Positions 26,756 through 43,760 are shown, numbered from the stretch's first letter. The stretch: 64,000 nt of DNA from the human T2T-CHM13v2.0 reference genome, Homo sapiens (GCF_009914755.1 NC_060944.1), one strand, 5' to 3'. Program-made: numbers and translations. The notes: generated by a model not told the origin, from the letters alone.

Positions 26756-27314
26756 GAAATAGATTGAGAGTGTTGCAGACACCTAGAAGAGGGACACTCT
26801 ATTGCCTGATTTAGACTAGGAATTGAAGGAGATCAAGTTGTCAGGGGTGGTGACATTTGAGCTAGGTCTTAAAGGATGTGTAGGAGTTTTCCAGAAGGGA
26901 GAAGTCTATCCAGACACTTGTTACCTACTCAGGTCTACGGAGGTTGACGTAAATGGCCTAATCACATTTTAGAGACTCTGTGGATTACAATCCAGCCACT
27001 ACAGATAGTAAAGCATCGTTGGTATATTTCTTTATTCAAATTTATTGCTTATAACATCCCCGATGTTTCCTTTTCCACTTGATGCTAAATTAATTACTAT
27101 TTATTTTCTGATTAATATTGGAATACTCTAAGGAAGGGAGTATTTAGCACATTTAGTATTCAGCACATGTTCAAATATATTGATATTTAGCATATCAATT
27201 TTGGATGAAGAGTGAACCTTGAAAGTGACTTACTCAAGGAGAAAACTCCTTTTTCTTTCCATGTCCTATCACGCATTTCACCCTCTAGTGACTACAGTAA
27301 GAAACCATGATTGA

Positions 27315-27623
<309 letters not shown>

Positions 27624-28067
27624 GACCAACTGACTTTGATTCAGCAGATCTGTAGGTATGTTTTACAGGTTCCTAGTATTTCTGCAGGAACTTATGTTCT
27701 AATAAAAAGCTCTCCAAATTTCTTCTTACCACCTACATTTAGTTATTGTAGATGCAGCCGGAGTAACCCTCAGTAACACAGGAATAGCACATAAATAGAG
27801 AAGGCATATTTCAAAAGTGGTTTCAAGACTCCAAATTTTGAGCCTATCATATGAAATGATCTGCTATTGTAAGGGTTCTTAAGGACAGTCCATCTGTATT
27901 TAAAACAGGTGGTATAACTCTGCTCTCTTCTTCCCTCTTCTCTCCTGGCTATATCTCCTGTGGTTCTGGGAGTCTTGAGTTGCTCTGCTCTGGAAGTAGT
28001 AAGGATCAGTGTGATGGATGTGGCAAAGTCTAGTGAGTCTGTCTTCTTCTAATTAGCCTTGTTTAGA

Positions 28068-28416
28068 TGTCATCTTGAATTGTAGTTCCTATAATCCCCA
28101 TGCATCATGGGAGAGACCTGGTGGGAGGTAATTGAATCATGGGGGCGGTTACCCCCGTGCTGCTGTTCCTGTGATAGTGAGTGAGTTCTCATGCGATCTG
28201 ATGGCTTTATAAGGGGCTTTTCCCTCTTTTGCTCGGCACTTCTCCTTGCTGCCGCCATGTGAAGAAGGACGTGGTTGCTTTCCCTTCTGCCATGATTGTA
28301 CATTTTCTGAGGCCTCCCCAGCAATGCTGAACTGTGAGCCAATTAAATCTCTTTCCTTTATAAATTACCCAGTCTTGGGTATGTCTTTATTAGCAATGTG
28401 AGAACGGACTAATACA
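28068..28416 (+). mobile_element. THE1-family MaLR solo LTR (slightly 5'-truncated)
   Basis: tcatcttgaattgtagttcc...ggaggtaattgaatcatgggggc...aaattacccagtcttgggtatgtctttattagcaatgtgagaacggactaataca. Confidence 0.88.
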
Positions 28417-28662
28417 GAAGGGAAGGAAACAGATATGAAAGGAGGGAAGGAAGAAGGGAGAGAGAAAGGAGAAATGTTAGAATAGCAGGGACAAATTACT
28501 TTCTCCTCTAAGGGAGTCCCTGGGATCCCAGGGACTCAGTGAATTACCCATCACTGTTTAAGGCCCAGTGTGCCTATTTAGAACTTGTCAGGCGAAGAGT
28601 GGCCAGTTCAGACACCTGCAGGAACCATGCCGGTGATATAAGAAATAAAATATGCCAGGTAG

Positions 28663-29471
<809 letters not shown>

Positions 29472-31849
29472 AGTTTACTGATTTTTAAAACACTTTCTGG
29501 GCCAGAAAAGCCATATGTATAGCCAAACCCTGCAGTATACACCTGCTGTTTCAGGGTGTAATGCTCTTGCTTAGGTTAGCTGACATGAAGCCAGGGAGCA
29601 GACAGGCATTTCTTTGGCAAATATTTAATAATCCCCTGCCCTGGACCCCTTTATTTAATAACCCCCTGGCAGGACCTTTGCCCTCCTCTAGTTGAGGACA
29701 CATGGCCTTTGGACAGGAGGGGAGAAGCCACAGGTAGGAAGCAGTTAAATCCCAGCAGCAGGAGTGAACGCAGGGTAAGTTCAGAACAGGAAAGAGATCA
29801 TGTGAGCCAGCAAGGGCAGGGGCAGCTCTGTGGATGAAGGGAGGATTGGGCTCCGCTCTGGGGATGAGTAGGACTTAGAATAAGAGAGTCTGGGAAGGGG
29901 AGGCAGATGACAAAAGTATGGAGATGGGGACGGGCCTGACATGCTCAGGGCGCAAGAGAGAACTGGAGGAATGTGGTCCAACATGGGCACAACGTCACAT
30001 ACAGTCACTGTGCTTGTTTCTAAGTAAATAAGACAAAAGATGTTGTAAAATGTGTAGCTCTGTGTCATGGTATTGATATCATTTAAAAACAAATTTAGAA
30101 AGCAGTTTTTAAAAAAGTAGTAAGAGTGAGAAATCTAATAAATTGTTCAGGCGCTGATCAAGAAGTATGTGGCCATCTCCACCTAATGCCATTTAGAATA
30201 ATTACCTTAATTGTAAGTTCAGATTTCCTTTGTAAAGGAAAGTAGCTCGGGTTCAGCGCACCGGAGACCCAGATCACTGCTGGTTGGTTCCACAACCCTG
30301 AATAGCTTGGAATCTGAGTTAATTTACATTCCCATCTCCCTGGCATTATTCTTATGGGCTGACAAATCAGTGTTATTTGCCAGATGATAAGAGATTTTCC
30401 ATGTTACTCCTTTTCAGTCTGCTCTTCCTTGTCATCCTAATCTAATGGTACTTCAGATAACTGCCTTTCTGAGCAACAATTCCATATAAATTACAAAGGA
30501 GAGGAGCAGAGTACTAGCCTTCTCAGTAATTTACACCACAATAGCAGCAGCTCTGAGGTGGTAGTCACTTATAAATAGGCTCCTAAAGCAGTGTGTGGGT
30601 TTTTAAAAACTGAGAACAGTTGAAATGATTCCTGGTTTGAGCACATCTTTACTGCCAGTGTTCCAGTATGCAACTGTAAGACAACAAAATGCTTCCTACT
30701 GTGCAGGGTTAGAAAGTTTACCAAGGCCATTCGCCAAGAGCAGGCCGATGGGTGTGGGATGAGGGCATTTTTTATGCATGAAAGGGATTCAAAGGAGTCT
30801 ACTAAGTCTTATCTGACAGATACCAGCCTCACGGACCCCAGGAGCAGAGGCAAAGACTTCGATGCAGGAGGCATATTATACCATTTCGATCGTCCCTCAT
30901 ACAGCTAATTCATTCTGTCTGGGATGTGCTTCGAAGTTCACTCCACTTTACTGGCCCCAGACTGCAAAAGATAAAAGCGCCCTTACTGTGTGCCAGGCAC
31001 TGCTTTAAGTACTTCACAATATGAATGAAGCATAGCCTTGTGAGCAGCTGGGACTACAGGTATGTGCCAGCATGCCAGGCTAATTTTTGTATTTTTTGTA
31101 GAAATGGGGTTTCACCATGTTGCCCAGGCTGGTCTCAAACTCCTGAGCTCAAGCAATCTGCCTGTTTCAGCCTCCCAAAGTGTTGGGATTACAAGCGTGA
31201 GCCACTGTGCCTGGCAGGCAAATATTCTTAAATTCCCATTTTACAGATGGGGAAATTGAGGCACAGAGAGGCTAAGTAACTTGCCCTTGTTCACACAGCT
31301 AGTCAGTTTTAGGGCTGCCATTCAAGCCAGGGATTCTGTCTCCAGATCCCTATTCTCAGTCGCCTTGCCCTGGCCTCCTCCCTGACAAGCTCCCGCCTGG
31401 GCCAGAGGGAGCTCTGGCCTTTGGATGAGATGAGACTGGAGAAAACTGGACATTCCTAGGATGTCTTTGTCTTGAACTTCCTGCAGCTATTGATTGGATT
31501 TTCCCTTCCTCTGTCCTCATCTCTTTTGTTTCCTGTTCCTAAGCTAGATGGCCTCATCTACTGCATAAGGGAGAGGGGAAAGCTGAACTTCTGTCTGGCT
31601 GAACTTCTGTCTGGCCTCCTCCTGGCCTCTGCTAGGGCAGCACAAGCCACTGCCATTTTTCATTTTCCAAGAAGGCAAGTTGTAGCTTCCCTTACTCCCA
31701 TCACCAGTATTATACTTCTCCAGAACACAAAACTCCTTACAGGCCCATTATCTGGGCTTGGGACTTCGAAGTCAATTCTTTGGCACCAGTCTGCGTGTAA
31801 TAAAAGCAATTTGTGTGTATGTGTTTACAACAGTGCATTGAGGACATAC

Positions 31850-31927
31850 CTTACTGGCTGCCATGGAAAAGTACTTGAAGGCAGTAGCGTTATTTTGCGG
31901 CACGGCAGCATTCCCCTCTAAATACAT
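31850..31927 (-). CDS. SEL1L2: SEL1L2 exon: MYLEGNAAVPQNNATAFKYFSMAASK
   Basis: 78 nt, phase 0-0; acceptor ttttcttcctag; donor AAG|GTATGT. Confidence 0.95.
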
Positions 31928-32586
31928 CTAGGAAGAAAAATGAAAAGAGGATAGAAAAAACAAAATAATTTGAGAGTAATGCAAATATTTTAAAATGAAA
32001 TAGAGGTAACAGTGGTACAACATATTGAATGTAGTAAATGCCACTGTAAATGCCACTGAATTGTATAAAGTGGTCAATTTTGTGTTATTTACATATTTAC
32101 ATTTTACCTCAATTTAAAACAAGAAAAAGTAAGAGTACCATTTATTACAGACTTCTGGAGTGACCCTGCCTGAGGGCAAAGAAATGGACCCTGTTTGTGT
32201 TTTCTCTCTCTCTCTCTCTTTTTTTTTTTTTTTTTTTTTGCATCTACATTTACTGTATGTTGCACTTAGGAAGCAGGACATTCGTCCCTATGGTTACTAA
32301 TGCAAATCGGCTGCAGGGAGCCAAGGGTGGCACACAGGGGAGTGAATAGTCTTTGAAGGAGACAGAAGAACATGCCTTTCCAGAGGAACCCTCCACCAGG
32401 CTACTCTGCAGCCACAGGAGGCCTCTCATCAGAGGTGGCATAAGGATAGCTCTGGTCAGCCTGGAGCTGATTCACACTCCAGCAGTAGAGCAGAGAAGGG
32501 CCTGATTGGGCTGAGACCTGTCCCGGTCTCCAGTGCTCAACCAACCTGGATCTCCTCTTACATATTGGGGAGTGGGGTGGTCATAG

Positions 32587-33055
<469 letters not shown>

Positions 33056-33332
33056 TAGCCGCTTCCGTGAAAGAGGCCTGCTGCCCTGTCCCTCTACAAT
33101 GGGTTCAATGAGCTGGTATCATTAATTTGTTAGATTTTTAATTTTTAAATTTAAATTTTAATTATTTTGAGATGAGGGTCTTGCCGTGTTGCCCAGGCTG
33201 GTTGCCTGTGCTCAATGATCTTTCCACCTCAACTTCCCAAGTAGCTGGGACAACAGGCACACGCTGCTATGCCCAGTTTAATTTCTTAGGTTTTTAATAA
33301 ATGAAAACAATGAATCAAGATGAAGCATGTAC

Positions 33333-33401
33333 CTTTCCTATAAATGCCATGGCATTTGCACTCCCGGCCTTTGCTGCCTTTAAGAAGTAGTGTAATGCTT
33401 T
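33333..33401 (-). CDS. SEL1L2: SEL1L2 exon: KALHYFLKAAKAGSANAMAFIGK
   Basis: 69 nt, phase 0-0; acceptor tttctctccag; donor AAG|GTACAT. Confidence 0.95.
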
Positions 33402-34112
33402 CTGGAGAGAAAAGGAACAGTGTTATTGCTAGTCACAAAATAAATCCTTCAAAATAGCTTTTTGAACCAAACTTTATTCAATATGCATTCAAAAAATATC
33501 TATGGTGCTTGCCACTGAGCTTAAAAAAAATCTGTGAAATGCCCATTTTGTTCAAGGCACTATTCCAACCAAATGCATTTTCAACCATAACCTGAGGAGT
33601 GGGAGAGTGTCTATATCTCTTTCTTACATATAATTTTATAACATGAGGACTTGCTTCTTACATTTGGAAAGCCACGATGGGAATGTAGCTTTGTAGGGTG
33701 AGATGAATCCCAGCTGTGAAGCTAAATAGTCCATTATTTTGAAAAGCAGGCTTCTCTGTTGACACTGTGTACTTAATGAGGTTTTACTGTGGTTGGCAGA
33801 ATTGGATACACAGTTTGCTAATGTTTGTAGGCAGAGTAAGACCAGACACACTTGGCCGGCTGCTGAGATCAGGTCTTTATGCAGAAGTGAGCTTTGAGAC
33901 AATTCCTTCTGACTCAAATTGAAGGAGGCCAGTAAAGCCTCTGATTTTGTCTAGGTCGTTACATTAAATGAAGCACTCTGTCTAGAACACATAAGGGCTG
34001 ACCTTGTCCCTTGCTGCCACACTCCCTAGGCCTCATCTCGACCTTCCGGAAAGCCCCTCCTTGGAAACCATGTAGAGCAATAAAAGAAATCAGCCTCAAG
34101 AATGTGGTATGA

Positions 34113-34285
<173 letters not shown>

Positions 34286-35152
34286 ATGAAGCCACTTTTT
34301 AAAGTGTCTTGTTAGGATACGACCTTTCTGCTCTTTAAAAAGTCTTGATCAGGTTGATGTGCAAAGACGTTCCTTCTCAAAGAGAAGAGAATGTTTAAGG
34401 AAGAACTGCTGGTAGTTATTTTACATGGAAGTTTGCTGTAGGAATGTTGCTAACTTCTTTGTGGGCATAAGTACAAATGCTGCCACAGTTAAACCTCATG
34501 GCGTCATGCATCCATTCATCCATCCAGCTCTTCCAATCTTCATTTACCCTTTCAAAAACTTGACTGAAGCCTGCTATATATAGGATAGTATGTTACGTAT
34601 TATAGATGATTCATAGATAAACAGAAACATGATTCCTACATTTGCTCCCTAGCAATGTTCCTGAGAAAGAAAATATATATAAACAGCAGTGAGATAGTAG
34701 GTAATAGGTGGTATAAAAGAAACTCCATAAGGAATTAGAAGGGAATAGAATAAAAGACATTGTATCCAGTTCTCCTATAAGTTTTTGCAAACTTTTTCTT
34801 ACCTAATCTTCACAATAGCACCATCAGAGGGTATTATTAATATCTGATCTTATTACCAACATGTCAGAGTCATGCTGTTAGTACTGCAGATCAATAAGCA
34901 GCTCACCACTCTGTCTCCACAGTATACAGAGGAGGGCTAAAATGATCGAGGCCTCATGAAAGATGGTGACAAGTCACCAGTACAGAGGCTAGGGGAAGAA
35001 CCTGAGCAAACGAATGGGGATGGGAGTGGCCAAGATGTGTTCAGAAAATAGTGATTACTTCGGCGTGGCTGAAATAGAACATCCAAAAGCTAAGACTTGC
35101 AAAAATAAGATGGCGCCATTACTATAAACAATCTTGAAGACTAAGCTAAGGA

Positions 35153-35467
35153 TTTTATTTTTTTAATTAAAAAAAATTTTTTTGAGACAGAGTCTTGCTC
35201 TGTCACCCAGGCTGGAGTGAAGTGGTATGATCTTGGTTCACTGCAACCTCCACCTCCTGGGTTCAAGCGATTCTCCTGCCTCGGCTTCCTGAGTAGGTGG
35301 GACTACAGGTGCGTGACCACCACAACTGGCTCATTTTTGTATTTTTAGTAGAGATGGGGTTTTGCCATGTTTGCCAGGCTGATCTTGAACTCCTGACCTC
35401 AGGTGATCCTCCCATTTCGACCTCCCATAGTGCTGGGATTACAGGTGTGAGCCATCACACCTAGACG
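35153..35467 (-). mobile_element. AluS
   Basis: Reverse Alu; TSD taaggatttta. Confidence 0.88.
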
Positions 35468-36414
35468 TAAGGATTTTACTTTATTTTATTTTAAAAAATA
35501 GAAAATAGAAGCCACTGAAGATCTATAAATGTTAGGGAATCCTGAAGATAAAATGCCTGGAATCATCCAAGTGTCAGCTGGAGAGGAGAAAGTTATAGCA
35601 ATGTACAAGTTACTAAATGAGAGAACACTAATATCAAAAATAAAAGTGTATCTCATGAATCTCTCTACTGAGCCATGACCAAAATATGTCCCCAGGTAAC
35701 TGTGTAAATTACACAAATCACATTATCTCCTGGGCTTGGTTTCCTTATTCAGATTCTCCTCCTCTGTGATCTCACGGCACCTCATCCTGTCCGTATTGTG
35801 GCATTCATCCATTGATTTCATTATTGACTTATTTTGTCTCCTCCAATGTTGAATCCTCTGTACTTAGCATAGTGTGGGCTATATGTTAGGCACCAGGAAA
35901 TGTTTCAGAAATGAATAAATGTATGAATGTCTATCCATCTCTAAAACAAGGCAGCTGGACTTTAATCTTTATAGGCTCTTCTAGCTCTAGTATTATGATT
36001 CTGTAAAATCATTTTCAAAGTCCAGTTTAGTAATTTGGCTCTCAAATATCTTGTAATAGAGACTTCTGAAAAAAGTTTCATTCTGGGAAATCAGTGAAAT
36101 TTTAAAAGAAAGTAACTTGTTCTCCTGAAGCAAATATAAATCCTGGAGTTTTCCCCACCCTTAAATATAATGATTTGATAAAGACCTAAAGGAATTGAGA
36201 CTCTGTCTCATACACTGCTCCACTGTCATGGCTTACTTAGTATTTCATTCCCTTTTTTTTTCTCATTTTTAAATTTACATGTCCTTAATACTATTGCTTC
36301 AACTATATAAACCTTTATTAAACACCACGTGAAACTACCACCAAGCAAGCTACCTTGATGGATATACACGAGCCAACCTGAGTTCTTGCTCTTGAAGAGT
36401 TAAGATCAAGTACT

Positions 36415-36466
36415 CATCCATCCATCCATCCATCCATCCATCCATCCATCCATCCATTCATCCATC
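36415..36466. repeat. (TCCA)n tetranucleotide repeat
   Basis: catccatccatcc run. Confidence 0.93.
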
Positions 36467-36498
36467 CTTCCTTCAAATATTAACTGAGCACCCAACAT

Positions 36499-36653
36499 CA
36501 TATTTCACTGATTCTAAGATGTACATCTCCTCCCACCTCACTTCCATCAGGACATATTATAATATATATTGGTAAGTTTTCTTTTTTTCTTCCTCAGAAC
36601 ATAAAATACTTGTGTGTCTTACAATTGGTGGTGTCTTAGTATGAAATATAGTA
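36499..36653. mobile_element. Possible TcMar-type MITE (MER104-like)
   Basis: Degenerate terminal inverted repeats catatttcactgattctaagatg ... gtcttagtatgaaatatag. Confidence 0.45.
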
Positions 36654-36829
36654 CGCCCCAGGTATTACACTAAGTAAGTAAAGTTTTATTATTTGGACCC
36701 ATATCTCTCTTTTTAAAAAATGATCATGATTTTTCATTGGCTCTAAGAAAATCTGTAGTTTAACCAGTTTGTAACATTTCCCCTAGAATGAAATGCCAAG
36801 AAAATGTACTGTTCTAAAAACATTTATGA

Positions 36830-37129
<300 letters not shown>

Positions 37130-37681
37130 TGAATACTTCTTTTATCTCTTGCTCTGTAGAACATCCTGAGAAAAGATGGTATTAGCTCTTTTTCTAAATT
37201 TTTAAATGGGTGGTAGGATAGACAAAGCAGTTGCCCTTACAAATTTGATATTATTCCTCTGCTAGGTTTAATTTAATTACGCTTTATCCATTTTAATAAT
37301 ATTCACCCAAACATCCCGCTTTCCTAATCCAATTTATTCTGAGCCTTCATATATTTAGAAATGCAAATAAAATTAAAATCTATGTGTAGAAAATCCAAGA
37401 TAATGTAATCAAGAATTGCATATACAATATTTTTCACTAATTAAGAATTTGGTCAGGGAGAGGGTAAAAACGTTTTCTGTGATGACAACTCATGAGAGAG
37501 ATTAGTTCAACCAAACAGTGAGGAAGGAAAAGAAAGGCAAGCTAGTCATTTCCAGGTATCTTGAAATTTAATTTTCTGAGCAGTGGACTGGAGCATCATA
37601 TTTAAAGAGAGACTTATACTAATAATTCTCTTTGGTGGACTGAAATATTAGCATGCTGGCTCAAGTGGTGGTCTTCAGGCT

Positions 37682-37958
37682 GAGGACTATAGTTAAAAAT
37701 AAGATATTGTATATTTCAAAATAACTAGAAGAGAGGATTTTGAATGTTCTCACCCCAAAGAAATGACAAGTATTTGTGGTGATGGATTTGCAAATTACCC
37801 TGGTTTGATCATTACATAATGTATACACTACATTTGCATACATATGTATATATTACATAATGAATATATTATGTAATGATCAAAACATCACATTGTATCC
37901 CATAAATATGTACAATTATTATGAGTCAATTAAAAAAGAAAATAAAAAGAAAAGAAAA
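37682..37958 (+). mobile_element. L1MA-type 3' end fragment with A-rich tail
   Basis: actatagttaa...gaagagaggattttgaatgttctcacc...cccataaatatgtacaattatt...aataaaaag. Confidence 0.85.
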
Positions 37959-38116
37959 CATTATCCTGTCTGAGGAGGAGAGACTTGGAAAGATGAGAAG
38001 CGAGGTATGAAAAGAGCTGCAGTAATAGCCTTTTGGAAACTGGATTTATCTTTGTATCTTCCCTCTCCCTTATGTATCTCCCCTGCCATTCCAAGTTGAT
38101 TCTGGAGCAGCTACAC

Positions 38117-38938
<822 letters not shown>

Positions 38939-40317
38939 TCAATTTGTCTTAAAGTTTGAGATTTCAACTGGAGTTCTCCATTCAAGTTCAGGGTCATTAG
39001 GCTGAGGGGAGAAGAAAGGACCAGCCTGTGCTTACCCGCAAAGAGTACCTGCATCACAAGGATGGTTCTGGAATTAAACTCGTCTTCTTGGGATATGTGG
39101 AAGCAGGAGGCCCAACCCACTATCAGGAAGAGCTAAAGGAAACTGAGAGATCATGTCATTTCTTCTTCTTGCTTTATAAATGAGGGAACAGATTTTAGAG
39201 GCTGTTTTTTGTTTTGGCCTGGGTCAAATAAAGTTTAATGTAAAAAGCTCAGGTTTTGATTTCTGAAGGCCTGAGTTCAAATTCTGCTTCTTAAACAATC
39301 TTACTTCCCAGCTGTGAGCCTTGAAGCAATTTACTTTATGTCTCCAGCCTCTGCTTCTCATTTGTAAAACAGATGTAATAAAACCTCGTGAATGAGCCCA
39401 CAGGAGATCCTGGCTGGGCTCCTGGGTGACACTCAGCTGCCTGGCTGCTACACAACAGCTCTGGGATCCTGCAACAGCAGCCCTGGGATTGCACTTCATC
39501 CTCACCTGGAGGCAGCTGCAGCTGCCATCTGGTGACCACAGTGGCTGGAGCTGACTGAAGTACCAACTTAGTGGGATTTTATTGCACTGTACAAAGATTG
39601 GTTTGTCTTCCCTACAGCTGAAGCTAGGATGCCCTCACATCCAAATTTCATGTTTATGGAAAATGAGGACGTCTTCCTAGTTACATATTCTATGATTAAC
39701 ATGAGAAACTCATTGCAGGCTGAAATCTGACAGAGTAAAATTATGAATCCAGATATTTCCATCTAAGAAGCTAGAACTTTGGTTATGATTAAGATGAAAG
39801 AAAATCTATGGATCTTCAACCGAGCTGTCTTGGGGTGCGTATGCTTATTTAAATTCCTACCTATTTTATCACAGTTTATGAAATGACTTCGACATTTACC
39901 TGATGTTTACTGGATCTCATATAAAATACAAATTATAGTACCAAAGACACATCCATAAAATAACACAAAATGAAATGCAAAGTAGTAACAGATTACTTTT
40001 TTACGTAATAGCCTTATAAAGTTGTTTCTATCACTTAGCCATTGGGACTATGTTGAAATAGGCTACATGTTCCTTTGAGACAAGGAGCATGTGGCTCCTA
40101 TAAATGAAAAGAGCAGCAAAATCATCTTTAAAAAAAAAAATCCAGTTACTTCCCAGGTCTGTGGTGATGTAGGGCCTTGAAACCACTATCAAAATCTAAG
40201 CAAGAACTCATCCCATGACCCTGGCATCTTACAGAGGAGGATCCTGTGTATGTCAAGGTGAAGTTCATTTGTTCATTTGCTTTTTTCTTCGCTACACATT
40301 TGAATGGTTAATTAACT

Positions 40318-40625
<308 letters not shown>

Positions 40626-41165
40626 GGTTAATTAACCTTTTAACCTCACTGGGATAAGGTAAGGTTAAGCAAAATGATTGAAAAGAGCTTTGCAAATGTA
40701 TAAGGATGTTTAATATATTTTTAATTATATTAAAAGCAATCTGTCTTCTGATATAGCCAAATGGGGATGAAGTTGCCTCTCAGACTCCTTAACGGTGATC
40801 CCCAGGTGGACTCTGCAGCTGGCCTTGTGTGCAGGCCGGCAGGTGGGGATATTCTCTCTCCTAATCCCAGCCCAAAGTGCGTGTGAGTGCGCAGAACTAG
40901 GTTCTGTTGGAACATGGATACCCCCCTGCCTCGATTGCTCCTCAGAAGTCCCTTCCCCTTTGTTCTTGAAGGCAGGTGGGTAAGTGCTCCCTCTGGAGAA
41001 CTTAGTTCTTCCTAAGAAGCTGGGAAGCATAGCTGACCAAGGAAGCATCAGTGGGCTTTCTGAGCAACTCTTCCACCTCTCCCTCCCCCTGCTTTCACTT
41101 CCCTGCCAGCCTCCCTCACCACTACCTTCCCCACCCCATTTGACTGGATCTTGAGATTGACTTAC

Positions 41166-41222
41166 GTAGTAATCCTGATCTAGACCTTTCCTGCCAATTA
41201 GATGTAATTGTCCAAGAGAGAC
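41166..41222 (-). CDS. SEL1L2: SEL1L2 exon: VSLGQLHLIGRKGLDQDYY
   Basis: 57 nt, phase 0-0; acceptor ttcctag; donor GTAAGT. Confidence 0.95.
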
Positions 41223-41572
41223 CTAGGAATGATGAGTTTGGAAATGATTTTAGCAGCAGTATTACTTTAAATAAAGAAAACATTTATGTGGTGATTTTAC
41301 TTTAGTATGTTGATTGTTGGACACGTTTGAAATGTCCTGAAAAAATCAGGGAAACATTCCAGACTATATCATTTATTGGGTAATTGGTTGCTGCTGGACA
41401 TATGGCTTCCTTAGTGGCTGGAAGCTGGTCTTCTGGGGTACAGAAACACCCAGGCACATAAAGCTAGGGGCCTTAGCTCTTGGCTCTCAAAGATCATGCA
41501 AATACTGTCCCATTCCCAAAAACAGAACCTTTCTGGATTGCCGTAGTTTATTCATACTAAAACCAACATTGG

Positions 41573-41869
<297 letters not shown>

Positions 41870-42106
41870 TTAATTTTTAAGGAAGAAATGCAAAAAAGTT
41901 GCTATTATTATGGCAACTAGTTCTCCAGTGGGCTACAGGAACTGTAAGTAGCAGGGAACAAAACAGGAGTAGGGTGAGAGAGGAGGGCGGGTCTCCCCCC
42001 ATTCCTATTTAGGATGGGGCATTGTTCATCCCTCCAGGACTCAGAAAGAATTAAGCCCCTTGTAATTTTCATGTTCTAAAAACTCAATCTCATCTGTATA
42101 CATTAC

Positions 42107-42261
42107 TTGTATCTGAACATCTCCTCTTTCTGCCAAAAATTTATAGTATTGGTATATGTCCCAATCCAAAATCTCACTGTTAGAACTCAGATTTTCAGGT
42201 CTTTCCGTTAGTCTCACTTTTTCCACTGGAACACCTTCACTTTTTTCAAATGTGTCAGCAA
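42107..42261 (-). CDS. SEL1L2: SEL1L2 exon: (I)ADTFEKSEGVPVEKVRLTERPENLSSNSEILDWDIYQYYKFLAERGDVQIQ
   Basis: 155 nt, phase 1-0; lies within ORF 42041..42277(-); acceptor cacag; donor GTAATG. Confidence 0.96.
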
Positions 42262-42424
42262 CTGTGAATAAAAACAAGCCAGAGAATAGCTAGAAAACAG
42301 AGGCTGCAAGAGATAACAGTCAATTTAGAGAAAACACCGTTAGCTTATTATCTTAAATTGTGCAGAAATCTGTTCAACTAATAGAGACAGAAGATCCATG
42401 AAAAATAGAAATTTTCAGATTTTT

Positions 42425-42720
42425 GGCCAGGTGCGGTTGCTCATGTCTGTAATCCCAGCACTTTGGGAGGCAGAGGCGGGCAAATCACTTGAGGTTAGGA
42501 GTTTGAGACCTGCCTGGCCAACATGGTGAAACCCCGTCTCTACTAAAAATACAAAAATTAGCCAGGTATGGTGGTGCACACCTGTAATCCCAGATACCTG
42601 GGAAGCTGAGGCATGAGAATCACTTGAACCCAGGAGGCAGAGGCTGCAGTGAGCCGAGATTGAGCCACTGTGCTCCAACATGGATGACAGAGGGATACTC
42701 TGTCTCAAAAAAAAAAAAAA
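42425..42720 (+). mobile_element. AluS
   Basis: Alu body and A tail. Confidence 0.9.
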
Positions 42721-43587
42721 GTGCAATTTTTGTTTATTGGGTTCTCTAGTTCTTCTTTGCAACCTATACAAGTATGGTATCAACTTATATCAGACTCTAC
42801 TGAAGATCTTGACCAAAAAGACTCAAGGAAAGGGGATATTTTAGGAGCAGATAACTCATTCCATTCATAATTTTTTTCTGGGACTAAGACTATAATATAG
42901 GAATAATCACTGCTCTTTAATTACTTCCTATGGATAGTCTGAAAATAAATATAAAGATAGATATGCTTGAATACACCTAACAAAGTGTGCAGTTTGAAAT
43001 ATATATAGTAATTCCAATTTCATTAAACACATGAAATGATCTCGTTATATACAGCATCTTAAATTCAAAACTAGTTTTTTTCCTCCTTCTTTCTTTTCTC
43101 AGATCCTAATAATGCCAAAGATGTGTGCTTAGACATTATTCTGATTACATTTAGACTAATGGTTGCTTGAATTGTTCTCATATGTGGTGACAGATACCTC
43201 CAATGTATACCTTACATTCATTCCTTTAGGAATTTTTGGCAGTCATCCCATATTCTGAATGTTATATTTAGGGAAACTGCTTAATATTTATCGGTGCTAC
43301 ATTCAAATTCTCAGTAAGGAAAGAACATCACAAAGGCAAGTAAAACAGAATTGTTTGGGGATACATATTAACAAAAATAAAAAATGAGTATAATCTTTTA
43401 AAACCATTTGGAAAGTAACTATTAAGGAAACAGAAACTGTATTATGTTAAAAGAATTGTATTATAACATATTAAAAACGTACACTTTTGATATTTTCATA
43501 AGTTTATATCAATTGAACTGTTATTGATTTATTTTTCTAATTCCTTGGCAACTGTTTATTTTAAAATAAATTATGTGGATTACTTAC

Positions 43588-43669
43588 TATAATCTGCCAC
43601 TTTCTTGTAATAACTTAGGGCAACTTCACAATTCTGTAGAACATTGATTCCCGACAAATATCTGTACCC
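43588..43669 (-). CDS. SEL1L2: SEL1L2 exon: GYRYLSGINVLQNCEVALSYYKKVADY(I)
   Basis: 82 nt, phase 0-1; acceptor ttttag; donor GTAAGT. Confidence 0.95.
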
Positions 43670-43760
43670 CTAAAACACAGACAGATGCATTCTTAATATT
43701 CAAGACAATGCTGTATTTATGGCATACAAATTTGGTTCCAAGAATATTTTGTTTACAAAC

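Noticed and set aside
30226-30275. tttccttt-gt-aaaggaaa palindrome and a REST-like ttcagcgcaccggaga
   Set aside because: An 8-bp low-complexity inverted repeat is expected by chance, and the match to the RE1 consensus is poor.
30700-30910. CpG-containing patch with an open frame of about 60 codons
   Set aside because: No recognisable homology and no convincing splice or start context.
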